Assembly: GCA_963707635.1 (NCBI GenBank)
Contig: OY970173.1
Span: 2,336,001 to 2,400,000, forward strand
Source: Candidatus Latescibacterota bacterium
Lineage (GTDB): Bacteria > Krumholzibacteriota > Krumholzibacteriia > WVZY01 > JAKEHA01
Direction of reading: 5' to 3'
DNA: 64,000 nucleotides
Each line of letters begins with the position of its first letter. Positions within the stretch are counted from its first letter, which is position 1. Below the pieces are notes generated by a model, which saw only the letters and a program-made list of their open reading frames with translations, was not told the DNA's origin and ran no database searches. The translations under genes were made by a program, and so were the position numbers. Below, piece by piece: positions 39,550 through 50,300 of this stretch.

Positions 39550-40685
39550 GGCTTCGACTCCGCCAGCGCCCGCCGGAACACGAGCTCCATTTCGTCCGCG
39601 GTTCGTTCCCACGTGAGCGACCGGGCCCACTCCACCGCGGCCCCGCTCATCCGGCTCCACAGCTCCGCGTCGGTGAGCAGCTCGAGGGCGCGCGCCGCGA
39701 ACGCGTCCGCGTCGCCGTACGGCACCAGAAAACCGGTCTCGCCGTCGCGAATCGAGTCCCGCAACCCGGGGCGGTCGCTCCCCACCACCGGCACGCCGCA
39801 CGCGTTCGCCTCGACCACGGTCAACCCCCACCCTTCCTTCGGGCTCGCGTTCAGGAACACGTGGCACCGATTGAGCGTCTCGACGATCTCGCGCGCGCCC
39901 AGCCGGCCGGTGAACGACACCGCGTCGCCGATGCCGAGGCGCCCCGCCAGCCGCTTGAGCGCGGCCAGCTCGGGCCCTTCGCCGATCACCACCAGGCGCG
40001 CCGCCGGAATCCGGCGCCGCACCCGCTCGAAGGCGTGCAGCACGACATCGATCGACTTGTACTTGCGCACGCGTCCGAAGTGCACCAGCGTCGGCACCCG
40101 CTCGCGCTCCACCCCGGGCACGCGGCGAAACAGGCCGTGGTCGAGGCCACACAGGACCACGTCGATCCGCTCGGCCGCGACCCCGCGCGCCACCAGGTCG
40201 TCGCGCGTGCTGGGAGAGATTACCGCGAAGCGGCACCGCCGGTAGACGCGCGGGATCAGGAGCTCCCAGGCCCGCACGTAGGCCGCGAACACCGGGTTGG
40301 TTTCGCGAAACACGGTCGCACCGAAGAGGTGCGGGACCACGGGCAGGACAGGGACGCGCGTGTGCCACGGCATCAGGAACGGAATCTTGTTGATGTCGTC
40401 GAGCACGAGGTCGGCGGATTCGTGGGCGAGAAACCTGCCGGCCGCGCGCGGCAGCGCGAAGTTCGCGTCCCACCACCGCCCCGAGCGCAGCACGTGCACG
40501 CCGTCCACGGTCTCGTCGGGAGCCGCGCCCGGGTACGCACTGGCGAACAGCGTCGCGCGGTGCCCGCGTGCGACCATGCGCTTCAGAATCTCGTGCAGGT
40601 GGATCTCGGCGCCGCCCGCGTCCGGGTGGCGGATGTCCCGCCAATTGACCGCGACCAGATGCAGTAGCAGCGGGAGCGCGCTCAC
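39546..40685 (-). CDS. Glycosyltransferase family 4 (GT-B)
   Basis: NWRDIRHPDAGGAE, ISPSTRDDL, GRVRKYK, KEGWGLTVVEANACGVP; GTG 40685 overlaps the upstream stop. Confidence 0.9.
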   Translation of the reverse strand: MSALPLLLHLVAVNWRDIRHPDAGGAEIHLHEILKRMVARGHRATLFASAYPGAAPDETVDGVHVLRSGRWWDANFALPRAAGRFLAHESADLVLDDINKIPFLMPWHTRVPVLPVVPHLFGATVFRETNPVFAAYVRAWELLIPRVYRRCRFAVISPSTRDDLVARGVAAERIDVVLCGLDHGLFRRVPGVERERVPTLVHFGRVRKYKSIDVVLHAFERVRRRIPAARLVVIGEGPELAALKRLAGRLGIGDAVSFTGRLGAREIVETLNRCHVFLNASPKEGWGLTVVEANACGVPVVGSDRPGLRDSIRDGETGFLVPYGDADAFAARALELLTDAELWSRMSGAAVEWARSLTWERTADEMELVFRRALAESKP

Positions 40686-41443
40686 TCGGGTTTCCGCCCC
40701 AGGCAACCGATCACCATCGACGTCCCCAGGCGCACGCGCTCCGGCAGGAGCTCGCGCGCCGATGCGCGGGCGCGCTCGAGCCGCGGCGACGCAAACGGGT
40801 GCATCGGCAGGCGCACCCCGGCCTTGAGCAGCGTGCGTCGCGCCCCGCGGTACCACACCGGCGGGAACAGATTCGCGCCGTACTGGCCGACCACGCGCAG
40901 CCCCGCCGCCTCCACGAGCCCGCGCAGCTCGCGCGCGGAAAACTCGGTCTCCCACCCCGCGAACCAGCGGTTGACCGCCATCAGCGCGTGTTTCAAGAGC
41001 GTGTAGTAGTGGTAGCGCTGGGGCACGTCCACCAGCAAATGGCCCCCGCGCACCAGCACGCGGTGGTTCTCGCGCAAGAGCGACAGCGGGTCGCGGAAGT
41101 GTTCGAGCAGCCCCTGGTGAAACACCACGTCGAACGACTCGGCGCGAAACGGCAGCGCGGTCGCGTCACCGCACACGATGCGCATTTCCTCGCCCGCCAC
41201 CGCGCGCATGACGCGCAGCGACTCGTCGCTGTAGTCCAGGGTCCACACCTCGGCGCCGCGCCGCGCCAGCTCGAGGCTGTCGCGGCCGGTCCCGGCGCCC
41301 ACCTCCAGCACGCGCGCGCCCCGCAGGTCGAGGTGCGCCGCCAGGAACGTGACCACGCGGCCGTCGTTGGCGTACACGTCGCCCAGCTCCGGCGAGGACG
41401 ACCAGAACTCGTCCCAGTGTTTCTTCTCGGAGGTACGGCCCAT
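40682..41443 (-). CDS. Class I SAM-dependent methyltransferase
   Basis: VLEVGAGTG, LDYS, GDATALPF, FDVVFHQGLLEHF, RVLVRGG.LLVDVP. Confidence 0.88.
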   Translation of the reverse strand: MGRTSEKKHWDEFWSSSPELGDVYANDGRVVTFLAAHLDLRGARVLEVGAGTGRDSLELARRGAEVWTLDYSDESLRVMRAVAGEEMRIVCGDATALPFRAESFDVVFHQGLLEHFRDPLSLLRENHRVLVRGGHLLVDVPQRYHYYTLLKHALMAVNRWFAGWETEFSARELRGLVEAAGLRVVGQYGANLFPPVWYRGARRTLLKAGVRLPMHPFASPRLERARASARELLPERVRLGTSMVIGCLGRKPE

Positions 41444-41473
41444 GCAGCGCGGGTGGGTGCGAACGCGGCCGCG

Positions 41474-42211
41474 TCAATACCCGATCAGGAGGCGCTCGGC
41501 GAGCACCGGCGGCAGGCCGGCGCGGAGTATCTTCTCCGCCGCCTTCTCGCGGTCGTAGCGCACCCGGTGGAGATACACCGACTCGTCTGCGTCGTCGAAT
41601 ATCGCGTAGGCGGCGTCCGGGTTGCCGTCGCGCGGCTGGCCCACGCTGCCCACGTTCATCACGTAGCGGTGCTTGTCCAACTCCAGCGGCAGCACCGCGG
41701 CCGACGGAAAGCGCTGGACGGTGCCGTCGTCCACGAACACGACCGGCGAATGCGAGTGCCCGATGAACGCGGCGCGGTGGGGCGCCATGGCGTCGAACGC
41801 GCGCTCGGCCCCGACCTGGTCCAGCACGTATTCCCATTCCTCGGGGCGGAACGGAGACGCGTGCACGGCCATGAAGCGCGCGTGATCCCGGTACACGTAG
41901 GGCAGCGAGCGGAGGTACTCGACGTTCTCGGGGGTGAGGTGAAGCTCGCTGAAATGGATGCCCTGGAGCGCTACTTCGTGGAAAAACGTGCGCTCGTGGG
42001 TGTCGACCGCGGCGGCGTCGTGGTTGCCCTTCAGACACACGACCTGCGGCAGCGACCGCACCCGGTCGACGCACTCGTTGGGGTTGGCGCCGTACCCGAT
42101 CACGTCGCCCAGGCACACGTGGCGATCGACGTCCAGACGCTGCGCGTGCGCGAGCACAGCCTCGAGCGCTTCGAGGTTGCCGTGCACGTCGGAAAATACC
42201 GCGTACTTCAC
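41474..42211 (-). CDS. Calcineurin-like metallophosphoesterase
   Basis: SDVHGN, LGDVIGYG, GNHD, HASP, GHSH, NVGSVGQPRDG. Confidence 0.9.
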   Translation of the reverse strand: MKYAVFSDVHGNLEALEAVLAHAQRLDVDRHVCLGDVIGYGANPNECVDRVRSLPQVVCLKGNHDAAAVDTHERTFFHEVALQGIHFSELHLTPENVEYLRSLPYVYRDHARFMAVHASPFRPEEWEYVLDQVGAERAFDAMAPHRAAFIGHSHSPVVFVDDGTVQRFPSAAVLPLELDKHRYVMNVGSVGQPRDGNPDAAYAIFDDADESVYLHRVRYDREKAAEKILRAGLPPVLAERLLIGY

Positions 42212-42624
42212 GGGGCGTCCTTCCTGAATTCCTTCACCAGGCGATCCAGCACTCCGTTCACGAACCGGCCCGCTTCTTCGGAGCTGTAACGATTCGCGAT
42301 TTCGATGGCCTCGTCGATGATGACGTTCGAGGGCACGTCGGGAAAGAACAGCACCTCCGCCAGCGCGAAGCGCAGGATGTTGCGATCGACGAGCGATACC
42401 CGCTCCAGGTCCCAGTTGTCCAGGAACGATCGCAGCACCTGGTCGAGCTGCGCCCGCTCTTCCATCGTCTTCAGAAACAGGTCGCGCGCCCGTTCGGCCC
42501 CCTCTTCCGAGGGCCCGCGGCGCCCGATCTGCGCGGCCACGATTTCGGGCGCGGGGCGGTCCGAAAACTCCGCCTCGTACAGCGCCTGTAGCACGAGCTC
42601 CCTCGCTCTTCGTCGCTTCCCCAT
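42208..42624 (-). CDS. nusB: Transcription antitermination factor NusB
   Basis: RRRARELVLQALY, WDLERVSLVDRNILR, IDEAIEIA, FVNGVLD. Confidence 0.96.
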   Translation of the reverse strand: MGKRRRARELVLQALYEAEFSDRPAPEIVAAQIGRRGPSEEGAERARDLFLKTMEERAQLDQVLRSFLDNWDLERVSLVDRNILRFALAEVLFFPDVPSNVIIDEAIEIANRYSSEEAGRFVNGVLDRLVKEFRKDAP

Positions 42625-42626
42625 GC

Positions 42627-43088
42627 CTAGGCCCGGAACTGCGCCATCAGTTCGACCAGCGCGACCGCCGCGTTCCACCCCGCGTTGCCGTGCTTGCCGC
42701 CGGCGCGCTCGAGTGCCTGCTCGAGCGTATCGGTCGTGAGCACACCCAGAGTCATGGGAACGCCGGTCGCGAGCGCGGCGCTCTCGATCGACTGCACCAC
42801 CGTCGCCGACAGGACCTCGTAGTGCGACGTCTCCCCGCGAATGATGGCACCCGCCCACACCACACCGTCCGCCCGTCCGTCCTTCGCCAGCCGCGCGGCG
42901 AGCTGCGGGATCTCGAACGCGCCGGCTACCCAGTATATCGCGATCGCGTCGTCCTGCACACCGTGCGCGCGCAGACCCTCGACCGCGCCCTTGACCAGGC
43001 GGTCGGTCACGGCCTCGTTGAAGCGGCTGGCCACCACCGCCACCCGCCGCCCGGACGCGTCGAGTCGGGCGCGGCGCTCATTTGCCAT
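42627..43088 (-). CDS. ribH: 6,7-dimethyl-8-ribityllumazine synthase
   Basis: [36 protein letters not shown]. Confidence 0.96.
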   Translation of the reverse strand: MANERRARLDASGRRVAVVASRFNEAVTDRLVKGAVEGLRAHGVQDDAIAIYWVAGAFEIPQLAARLAKDGRADGVVWAGAIIRGETSHYEVLSATVVQSIESAALATGVPMTLGVLTTDTLEQALERAGGKHGNAGWNAAVALVELMAQFRA

Positions 43089-44325
43089 GCGGCGGTCCCC
43101 CGCCCACCACCGGAGCGGTGAGCGCCTGGTTGAGCATGTGGCCGAGCTTGTCGCGCTTGGCCGCGAGATAGCGCCGGTTGGAGTCGTTGGCGGGAATCTC
43201 GATGGAGACGCGGTCGACGACCTCGAGTCCGAAGGCCGACAGGCCGACGACCTTCTTCGGGTTGTTGGTCAAAAGCCGCATCTTGCCCACGCCGAGGTCG
43301 GCGAGAATCTGCGCCCCCACGCCGTAGTCGCGCAGGTCCGCCGGAAACCCGAGCGCCTCGTTGGCTTCGACGGTGTCGTGGCCCTCGTCCTGCAGCGCGT
43401 AGGCGCGAATCTTGTTCTCGAGCCCGATGCCGCGTCCCTCCTGATTCATGTAGAGGAGCACGCCGCACCCGGCCTCTTCGATCAGGTCCATCGCGGTGTG
43501 GAGCTGCGGCCCGCAGTCGCAGCGCAGCGACCCGAACACATCGCCGGTGAAACACTGCGAGTGCACGCGCACCAGCGTGGGCTCGTCCCGGCGCGGCGCG
43601 CCCTTGACGAGCGCGATGTGGTTGTGGCCGCTCGCCAGACTCCGGTAGAGGTACAGCTCGAACTCGCCGGAGCCGGTCGGAAAGTGGATCTGCTGAATCT
43701 TCTCGATCAGCCGCTCGGTGCGGCGGCGGTAGGCGATCAGGTCGGCGATGGTCACGATCTTGAGCTCCAGGCTCGCCGCCAGCTCGACCAGTCGCGGCAG
43801 CCTCGCCATCGAGCCGTCCTCGTCCAGCACTTCGCACAGCACCCCGGCCGGCGACAACCCCGCCAGGCGGGTGAGGTCGACGGTGGCCTCGGTGTGCCCG
43901 GCGCGGCGCAGCACCCCGCCCGGTTTCGCCACCAGCGGAAAGATGTGCCCCGGCCGCGCGAAGTCCTCCGGGCGCGTCGACGGATCGACCAGCGCCTGGA
44001 TGGTCGACGCCCGGTCGTGCGCGCTGATGCCGGTGGTGGTCCCCCCGACCAGGTCGACCGACACCGTGAACGCGGTGCCGAGCTTGCACGTGTTCTCGGG
44101 CACCATCGGCGCCAGCTCGAGCGCTCCGGCGCGTTCGCTGGTCAGCGGGACGCAGATCAGCCCGCGCGCGTAGCGCGCGAGGAAGTTGATCTTCTCGGGG
44201 GTCGCTTTTTCCGCCGCGAGAATCATGTCGCCTTCGTTCTCGCGCTCGGCGTCGTCGACGACGATCACGATGCCGCCGCTCCGGATCTCGGCGATGGCCT
44301 CTTCGATGGTGCAGAACGGACCCAT
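43078..44325 (-). CDS. ribBA: Bifunctional DHBP synthase / GTP cyclohydrolase II
   Basis: [65 protein letters not shown]. Confidence 0.96.
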   Translation of the reverse strand: MGPFCTIEEAIAEIRSGGIVIVVDDAERENEGDMILAAEKATPEKINFLARYARGLICVPLTSERAGALELAPMVPENTCKLGTAFTVSVDLVGGTTTGISAHDRASTIQALVDPSTRPEDFARPGHIFPLVAKPGGVLRRAGHTEATVDLTRLAGLSPAGVLCEVLDEDGSMARLPRLVELAASLELKIVTIADLIAYRRRTERLIEKIQQIHFPTGSGEFELYLYRSLASGHNHIALVKGAPRRDEPTLVRVHSQCFTGDVFGSLRCDCGPQLHTAMDLIEEAGCGVLLYMNQEGRGIGLENKIRAYALQDEGHDTVEANEALGFPADLRDYGVGAQILADLGVGKMRLLTNNPKKVVGLSAFGLEVVDRVSIEIPANDSNRRYLAAKRDKLGHMLNQALTAPVVGGGPPHGK

Positions 44326-44369
44326 GGACACAACCGTCTCCTTCCGATTTCGACCGGCCGTTCCCCGCC

Positions 44370-44987
44370 TTAGCGGGGCACCGCCGGATACAGGCGCCTC
44401 ACGTACTCGCGCACATACTTGGCCACGACGTCGGCCTCGACATTCACGCGCCGGCCCGGCGCGTACCGTGCCGCGATCGTCACCGCCAGCGTGTGCGGCA
44501 CCAGCGCGATCTCGACGCGCCCCTCGTCGCCGCGCCGCGCGACGGTGAGACTCACGCCGTCGATCGCGATCGATCCCTTGTCCACGCACAGGTCGTACAC
44601 GTCCGCGGGGACGACGACGTCGAGCCAGGCGCCGCCCGCCTCGCCGGGCGCACGCGTGAGCGAGACCACCCGCCCGACCCCGTCCACGTGCCCCTGCACG
44701 AGGTGCCCGCCGAGCGCGCGCTCGAGCGTGGCAGCGCGTTCGACGTTGACCCCGTCGCCGGCCGCGAGCTCGGCGAGCGTGGTGCGCGCGAGCGTCTCCG
44801 CCACCGCGGTCACCTCGAAGCCGCGGGCGTCCGCCCGCTCCACCGTGAGGCACACGCCGTTTACGGCGACGCTGTCGCCGATCGCCGGGGCCGACGCCAG
44901 CGCGACCTCGAACCCGAAGACGCGCGCGTCAGCAACACTGCGAACGCTGCCAACCCGGCCGACGGCTTCGACGATGCCTGTGAACAC
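44370..44987 (-). CDS. ribE: Riboflavin synthase (alpha chain)
   Basis: (M)[42 protein letters not shown]. Confidence 0.95.
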   Translation of the reverse strand: MFTGIVEAVGRVGSVRSVADARVFGFEVALASAPAIGDSVAVNGVCLTVERADARGFEVTAVAETLARTTLAELAAGDGVNVERAATLERALGGHLVQGHVDGVGRVVSLTRAPGEAGGAWLDVVVPADVYDLCVDKGSIAIDGVSLTVARRGDEGRVEIALVPHTLAVTIAARYAPGRRVNVEADVVAKYVREYVRRLYPAVPR

Positions 44988-44994
44988 GCCGGCC

Positions 44995-46182
44995 TCACCC
45001 TCCGGAGCGCGCAAGCCACGCGCCGAGCGGTTCCCAGGTCCGCGGGTTCACATACCGTCGCCGCACGTCGTCGCCCACCGCCGCTTCGTCGACCAGCTGT
45101 CCCGGCCACGCCGCGTCGTGCGCGCGCGCATCGCCCTCGAACCACGGCACCCCGGGGCCGAACCCGACCGGCGACCGGTACCACCACAGGGCGTCCCACG
45201 CGCCCGCGCGCAGAAAACTCCCGAGCAGCCGCGGCCCGCCTTCCACCAGGATGCGTTCGTATCCGAGTGCCCCGAGGCGGGTCACCGCCTGGCGAACGTC
45301 CACGCCGGCGCCCGCGAGCTCGCAGCCCATCACGCGGCCTCCGTGCGCCTCGATGGTCCGCGCTCTCTCGGCGTCCACGCGCGGTCCGGTCACGACCACG
45401 AAGGTCCGCCCGGCGCGCGACCAGGCGTTGTCCGCGTCCATGCGCAGGTGGGTGTCGATCACGACCGGCATCGGCTCGCGCTCGACGCCACTCTCGAGCA
45501 GTCGGCAGTCGAGGCGGGGACGATCCACGAGCGCGGTCTCGATGCCGACCACGACCGCGTCGTGCAGCGCGCGCAACTCGTGCACCTCGCGCCGGGCGGC
45601 CACACCGGTCACATCGTCGCGCTGCCCGCGCGCGCGCGCCGCCATGCCGTCGGCGGACGCGGCGATCTTGAGCGTCACGGTCGGACCGCGGCCGAGCCGC
45701 TGGCGGTAGTACCCGAGGTTCTCGAGGACTGCCGCCACCGCGTGCGCACCGACGTCGACGCGAACACCGCGCTCGCGCAATCGCGCGATCCCGGCGCCGT
45801 TGACGCGCGGGTCGGGGTCCAGCGCCGGCACCACCACCCGCGCGATGCCCGCCTCGAGGATGCGCTCTGTGCACGGCGGCGTGTGGCCGTGGTGGGCGCA
45901 TGGTTCGAGGCTGACGTAGAGCGTGGCCCCGCGCGCCTGTTCCCCCGCCGCGTCGAGTGCCAGTGCTTCGGCGTGGGCGTCTCCGAAGCGGCGGTGGTAT
46001 GCCGACGCGACCTCCCGGCCGCTCGAAACCACCACGGCGCCGACGATCGGGTTGGGCCAGGCGCGTCCGGCTCCGAGCCGGGCAAGCTGAATCGCGCGGG
46101 TCATGAAGTCCCGGTCGAGAGCGGCCTGATCGCGCTCGCTCGCAGGCAGGTCCTGGCGCTGGGTCAACACGATAACGGACAA
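44995..46182 (-). CDS. ribD: Bifunctional pyrimidine deaminase/reductase RibD
   Basis: PNPIVGAV, HAE, SLEPCAHHGHTPPC, DPDP, ILVEGG; start uncertain (TTG 46182 or ATG 46104). Confidence 0.93.
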   Translation of the reverse strand: MSVIVLTQRQDLPASERDQAALDRDFMTRAIQLARLGAGRAWPNPIVGAVVVSSGREVASAYHRRFGDAHAEALALDAAGEQARGATLYVSLEPCAHHGHTPPCTERILEAGIARVVVPALDPDPRVNGAGIARLRERGVRVDVGAHAVAAVLENLGYYRQRLGRGPTVTLKIAASADGMAARARGQRDDVTGVAARREVHELRALHDAVVVGIETALVDRPRLDCRLLESGVEREPMPVVIDTHLRMDADNAWSRAGRTFVVVTGPRVDAERARTIEAHGGRVMGCELAGAGVDVRQAVTRLGALGYERILVEGGPRLLGSFLRAGAWDALWWYRSPVGFGPGVPWFEGDARAHDAAWPGQLVDEAAVGDDVRRRYVNPRTWEPLGAWLARSGG

Positions 46183-46291
46183 CTTTTCAATTAGTTGCGG
46201 GTCAAGTCACCAGCTGTTTCGATGGGAGTCCCGGCCGGAAGGACCGCGCACGCGCGCGCCCGGCACCGCGGAGGGCAAGAGCAGCAAGGTC

Positions 46292-46405
46292 ACCTTCTCC
46301 CATCCAGACTTTGACTGTCGGCCCCGGAGTTGCACCGGATCTGCGGATGTTCCGCTCGCGGGCTATACCGCCGGTGGGGACTTGCACCCCGCCCTGAAGG
46401 TTTCC
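46292..46405 (-). ncRNA. FMN riboswitch (RFN element)
   Basis: CCTTCAGGGCGGGGTGCAAGTCCCCACCGGCGGTATAGCCCGCGAGC...GCAGATCCGGTGCAACTCCGGGGCCGACAGTCAAAGTCTGGATGGGAGAAGG, directly upstream of ribD. Confidence 0.96.
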
Positions 46406-46412
46406 AGCTCCC

Positions 46413-46442
46413 AATATCGCCCACATGCGGCGGGCATGTCAA
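46413..46442 (-). promoter_or_regulatory. Sigma70-type promoter of the rib operon
   Basis: TTGACA (46442-46437), 18 bp spacer, GATATT (46418-46413), a few nt before the riboswitch. Confidence 0.7.
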
Positions 46443-46471
46443 GCTGGCGGAAATTGCCGGCCGGGAGGAAG

Positions 46472-47353
46472 TTAGGACCCGAGCAGGGCGTCGACGAAGT
46501 CCTCGGCGACGAACGGCCCGAAATCGTCGATGCCTTCGCCCACGCCGATGTAGCGGACGGGAATCCCCAGGCTCTCCGCGACGGCGATCACGACCCCGCC
46601 GCGCGCCGTGCTGTCGAGTTTGGTCAGAATCACGCCGTCCGCCGCCAGGCGGCGCGTGAACTCCTGAGCCTGCACCAGGCTGTTCTGCCCCAGGGTCGCG
46701 TCCAGCACCAGGTAGGTGGCGACCGCGTCGGGCCCGAACGCCTTCTGACACACGCGGCGGATCTTCGCCAGTTCCTCCATCAGGTTCGCGCGCGTGTGCA
46801 GCCGCCCGGCCGTGTCGACGATCACCACGTCCGCACCGCGCGCCTTCGCCGCCGTGCACGCGTCGTGGGCCACCGCCGCGGGGTCGCCGCCTTCGCGGTG
46901 GCGGACGATCTCGACGCCGGCGCGTTGTGCCCAGATCGCGAGCTGGTCGGCGGCAGCGGCGCGAAACGTGTCGCACGCCGCCACGATCACCTGGTGGCCC
47001 TGGCCCCGCAGAAAGTACGCGAGCTTCCCGATGCTCGTGGTCTTGCCCGCTCCGTTGATTCCGACCACCAGCATCGCGCGCGGCGTCGGAGTCGCGGCGG
47101 TCTCCGCCGCCGGCCGCGCAAGCATCTCCAGGAACTGGTCGCGGATCACGCGGCGATAGTCGGCCGGCGAATGCGCGCGCAGCGCGCGCAGCACGCGCTC
47201 GGTCGCGTCCACCCCGACGTCCGCCGAGAGCAACAATGCCTCCAGCGCGTCGGTGTCCAGGGCCGACGGCGCGTCGTCGCGCTGGAAGACGCGCGCCAGC
47301 GGGGCCGCGAGGCTCTCGCGCGCACGCTTCAGCTTCTCTCGCAGGTTGAACAC
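46472..47353 (-). CDS. ftsY: Signal recognition particle receptor FtsY (short NG-only form)
   Basis: [56 protein letters not shown]. Confidence 0.96.
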   Translation of the reverse strand: MFNLREKLKRARESLAAPLARVFQRDDAPSALDTDALEALLLSADVGVDATERVLRALRAHSPADYRRVIRDQFLEMLARPAAETAATPTPRAMLVVGINGAGKTTSIGKLAYFLRGQGHQVIVAACDTFRAAAADQLAIWAQRAGVEIVRHREGGDPAAVAHDACTAAKARGADVVIVDTAGRLHTRANLMEELAKIRRVCQKAFGPDAVATYLVLDATLGQNSLVQAQEFTRRLAADGVILTKLDSTARGGVVIAVAESLGIPVRYIGVGEGIDDFGPFVAEDFVDALLGS

Positions 47354-47392
47354 GTTGGCATCGCGGCGCGCGGCGCGCGCCGCCGGAGGGCG

Positions 47393-50300
47393 CTAGGCCA
47401 GCGACGCGGCGTCCGCCACCGGCACCACGCCGCGCACCTTGAAGCGCTCGGCGTCGTCCAGGCGCACCGAGATCAGTTTCGACACGCCGGGTTCCTCCAT
47501 GGTGACCCCGTAGAGGTTGTCGGCGGCCTCCATCGTCTTCTTGTTGTGAGTGATGACGATGAACTGGGTGCGGTCGGTGAACGAGCGCAGGAGTTTCACG
47601 AAGCGGCCGATGTTGGCGTCGTCGAGCGGCGCGTCGACCTCGTCGAACACGCAGAACGGGCTCGGCTTGACCAGGTAGATGGCGAACAGGAGCGACAGCG
47701 CCACCAGCGAGCGCTCGCCGCTCGACAGGCTGGATATGTCGTGCAGCTTCTTCCCGCGCGGGCTGGCCACGATCTTGATGTTGGCCTCCAACGGGTCGTC
47801 CGAATCCACGAAGAACAGGTCCGCCTCGCCGCCGTCGAACAGCGTCATGAAGGTCTGCTTGAAGTTCTCGCGCACCTGCTCGAAGGTCTCGCCGAGCAGC
47901 CGCCGCGCCTCCTTGTTGATGCGGCGAATCGCCTGCACCAACGAATCCTTGGCCTCGTCGAGGTCGAGTTTCTGCTTCGAGAGAAAATCGAAGCGCTCCT
48001 TCTTCTCGTCGTGCTCGCTCATCGCCAGCATGTTGACCGGGCCGAATTCGTCGAGGCGCTTGCGCAGCTCGTCCAGCTCCTCGCGGCTCACCGCCTCCCA
48101 CTCCGCGGCGTCGAACCCCGACCGGTCCTTCACGAGCTGCTCGAGGTCCTGCCCGAACTTCTCGCGTCCCTTTTCGAGCAGCCCGGCGATGCGGGTGTCC
48201 AGCGTCGCCATCTCCACGTTGACGCGCTCGATGTTGGCCCGCTTGATCTCGCGCTGGTCCTTCATGCCGCGCAGCTCCGCGTCGAGCGCGTCGCGCGACG
48301 CCTTGAGGCCGGCGTAGTTCTCGCTCGTGGTTTCGATGTCCGCCTCGACCTGGCGCTTCTCGCCGTGCAGGCGCGTCACCGCCACGCGCGTCGAGGCCAT
48401 GTCCTCGGTACTCAATCGGATCTGCTCCTCGGCGCGACGGCGGTCCTCTTCCCGCGCGGTGACCAGCGCCAGCAGTTCCTCGGCGAGCTTCTCGGAGTTG
48501 CGCACCCGCGCCTCCGCCGCCTCGGCCTCCGCCGCCACCGACACCTCCGCCAGGCGCGCGGCGCCCACTTCCTCCGCGAGGTGTTCGCGCTCGCGCTCGA
48601 CGCCGAGCGCGCGCTCCTCGAGGGCGGCGAGGTCCGCCCCGTCCAGCGCCGAGGCGGCGTCGGGTTGCGCGGCCACGCGCCGCGAGGACTCGAGCCGCGG
48701 ACGGAGCTGCTGAATCGCCTCGCGGGTCTCGGCGATGCCCTGCTCGAGCGACGTGATCTTCTCCTTGACCCGCACCAGGTGCAGTTCGGCCGCGCGCCGG
48801 CGCTCCACCAGCGCGTCGTAGGTGCGCTCCTCGGAAACCAGCGTGGCGCGAATCTCGCCGATCTCGCGCTGCACGCGTTCGCGGTCCGCCGCCAGTTCGG
48901 CGCGCCGCAGGCGCAAACCGCGCTCGTCGACCTCGACGGCAGCGATGGCCCGCTCGAGCTCCGCGAGCTTCGAGCGCAGCTCGAGGATGGTGGCCTCGAT
49001 GTCCTCGTTGCCGGCGACCAGGATGCGCCCGGGGCCGTCGAAGAAGACGCCGTCGAGGGTCGCGATGCGCGTCGCCGCGCCCTGCTCGATCAGGCGCAGG
49101 GCCGTGTCGACGTCTTCGACCACGACCACGCCCTGGAGGTACGCGACCAGGTACGCGGAGACACTCGGGTCGCAATCGAGCAGCTCGCGCGCCGGCCCGA
49201 TGACCCCATCGCCCCGCGGGAGCGCCCCCTCGGTGGTGAATACGTCCGGGAACAGGATCTGCACGCGCCCGGCGTCGCCGCGCCGGTACGAGCGCAGCCA
49301 TTCCATCGCGTCGCGGCGCGACCCGGCGACCACGCCCTTCAGGATCGGGGCGAGGGCGGCTTCGAAGCAGCGCCGGTAGCGTTTCTCCACCCGAACCAGG
49401 TCGGAAAGCACGCCGGCCAGCGCCCCGTGACGGCGGAGCTCCTCGCCCGTGCGCGCGTGCTCTTCGTGGATGCGGCTCATGAACTCGCGCTTCTCGCCCA
49501 GCTTGGCGAGCGAGAGCGCAACCCCGGCCAGGTCGGCGTCACAGCCCGCGATAGCGGCGCCCGCGGACTCGAGCGCGTCGGCGAGGCCGGCGAGTGCTTT
49601 CTGTTTGGCGGTGAGTACGCCGTGCTGCGACGCCACCGCCGCTTCGATGGCGCCGAGTTCCTCCACGCGCGTGGTCTCTTCGCCCGAGAGTTCGTCGAGT
49701 TGCGACTCGACCGTATCCTGCCGCTGCGCGAGGTCGGAGAGCGTCGCCTCGATGTGCTCGAGCGCGCCCGTCTCCTTCGCCTGCTCGCGCACCAGGTCGA
49801 GGGCCAGCTGCTTGTGCCGGCGCAGCGCGCCGCGCGCCTCCTCGAGGCGCTGATTGGCTTCGCGCAGCGTGGTTTCCTTCGCGGCCAGGAGCGTGCGCGT
49901 CGCGGCCAGCGACTCGCGCTTCGCGACCGCGGCGGCGCGGGCCTCGCCCAGCTCGGCGCCGATCGACTCCATCCGCGTTCGCGCCCGGGCCACCTCGTCG
50001 GTGTCTTCCGCGATTCGCGCGCGGCTCGCGTTCACGCGCTCGGTGTGCACGGCGACGCGTTCGTCGTGCTGTTGCAGGGCGGTGCTGAGGGAGAAGCGCG
50101 ATTCGTGCAGGTCCTGCAGGCGCTTCTCGAACTCCGCGGACTCCACGCGCATCTCCTGGAGCCGATTCTCGCGAATCGCGATCTCGTTCTCGTCGACCAG
50201 GCGGACGTTCTCGTGGGTGGCGCGCTCGGCGAGCAGCGCGTCGCGACGGCCGAGGTATTCGAACAGCGCCCCCTTGAGCAGCGCGATCTCCATGACGTCG

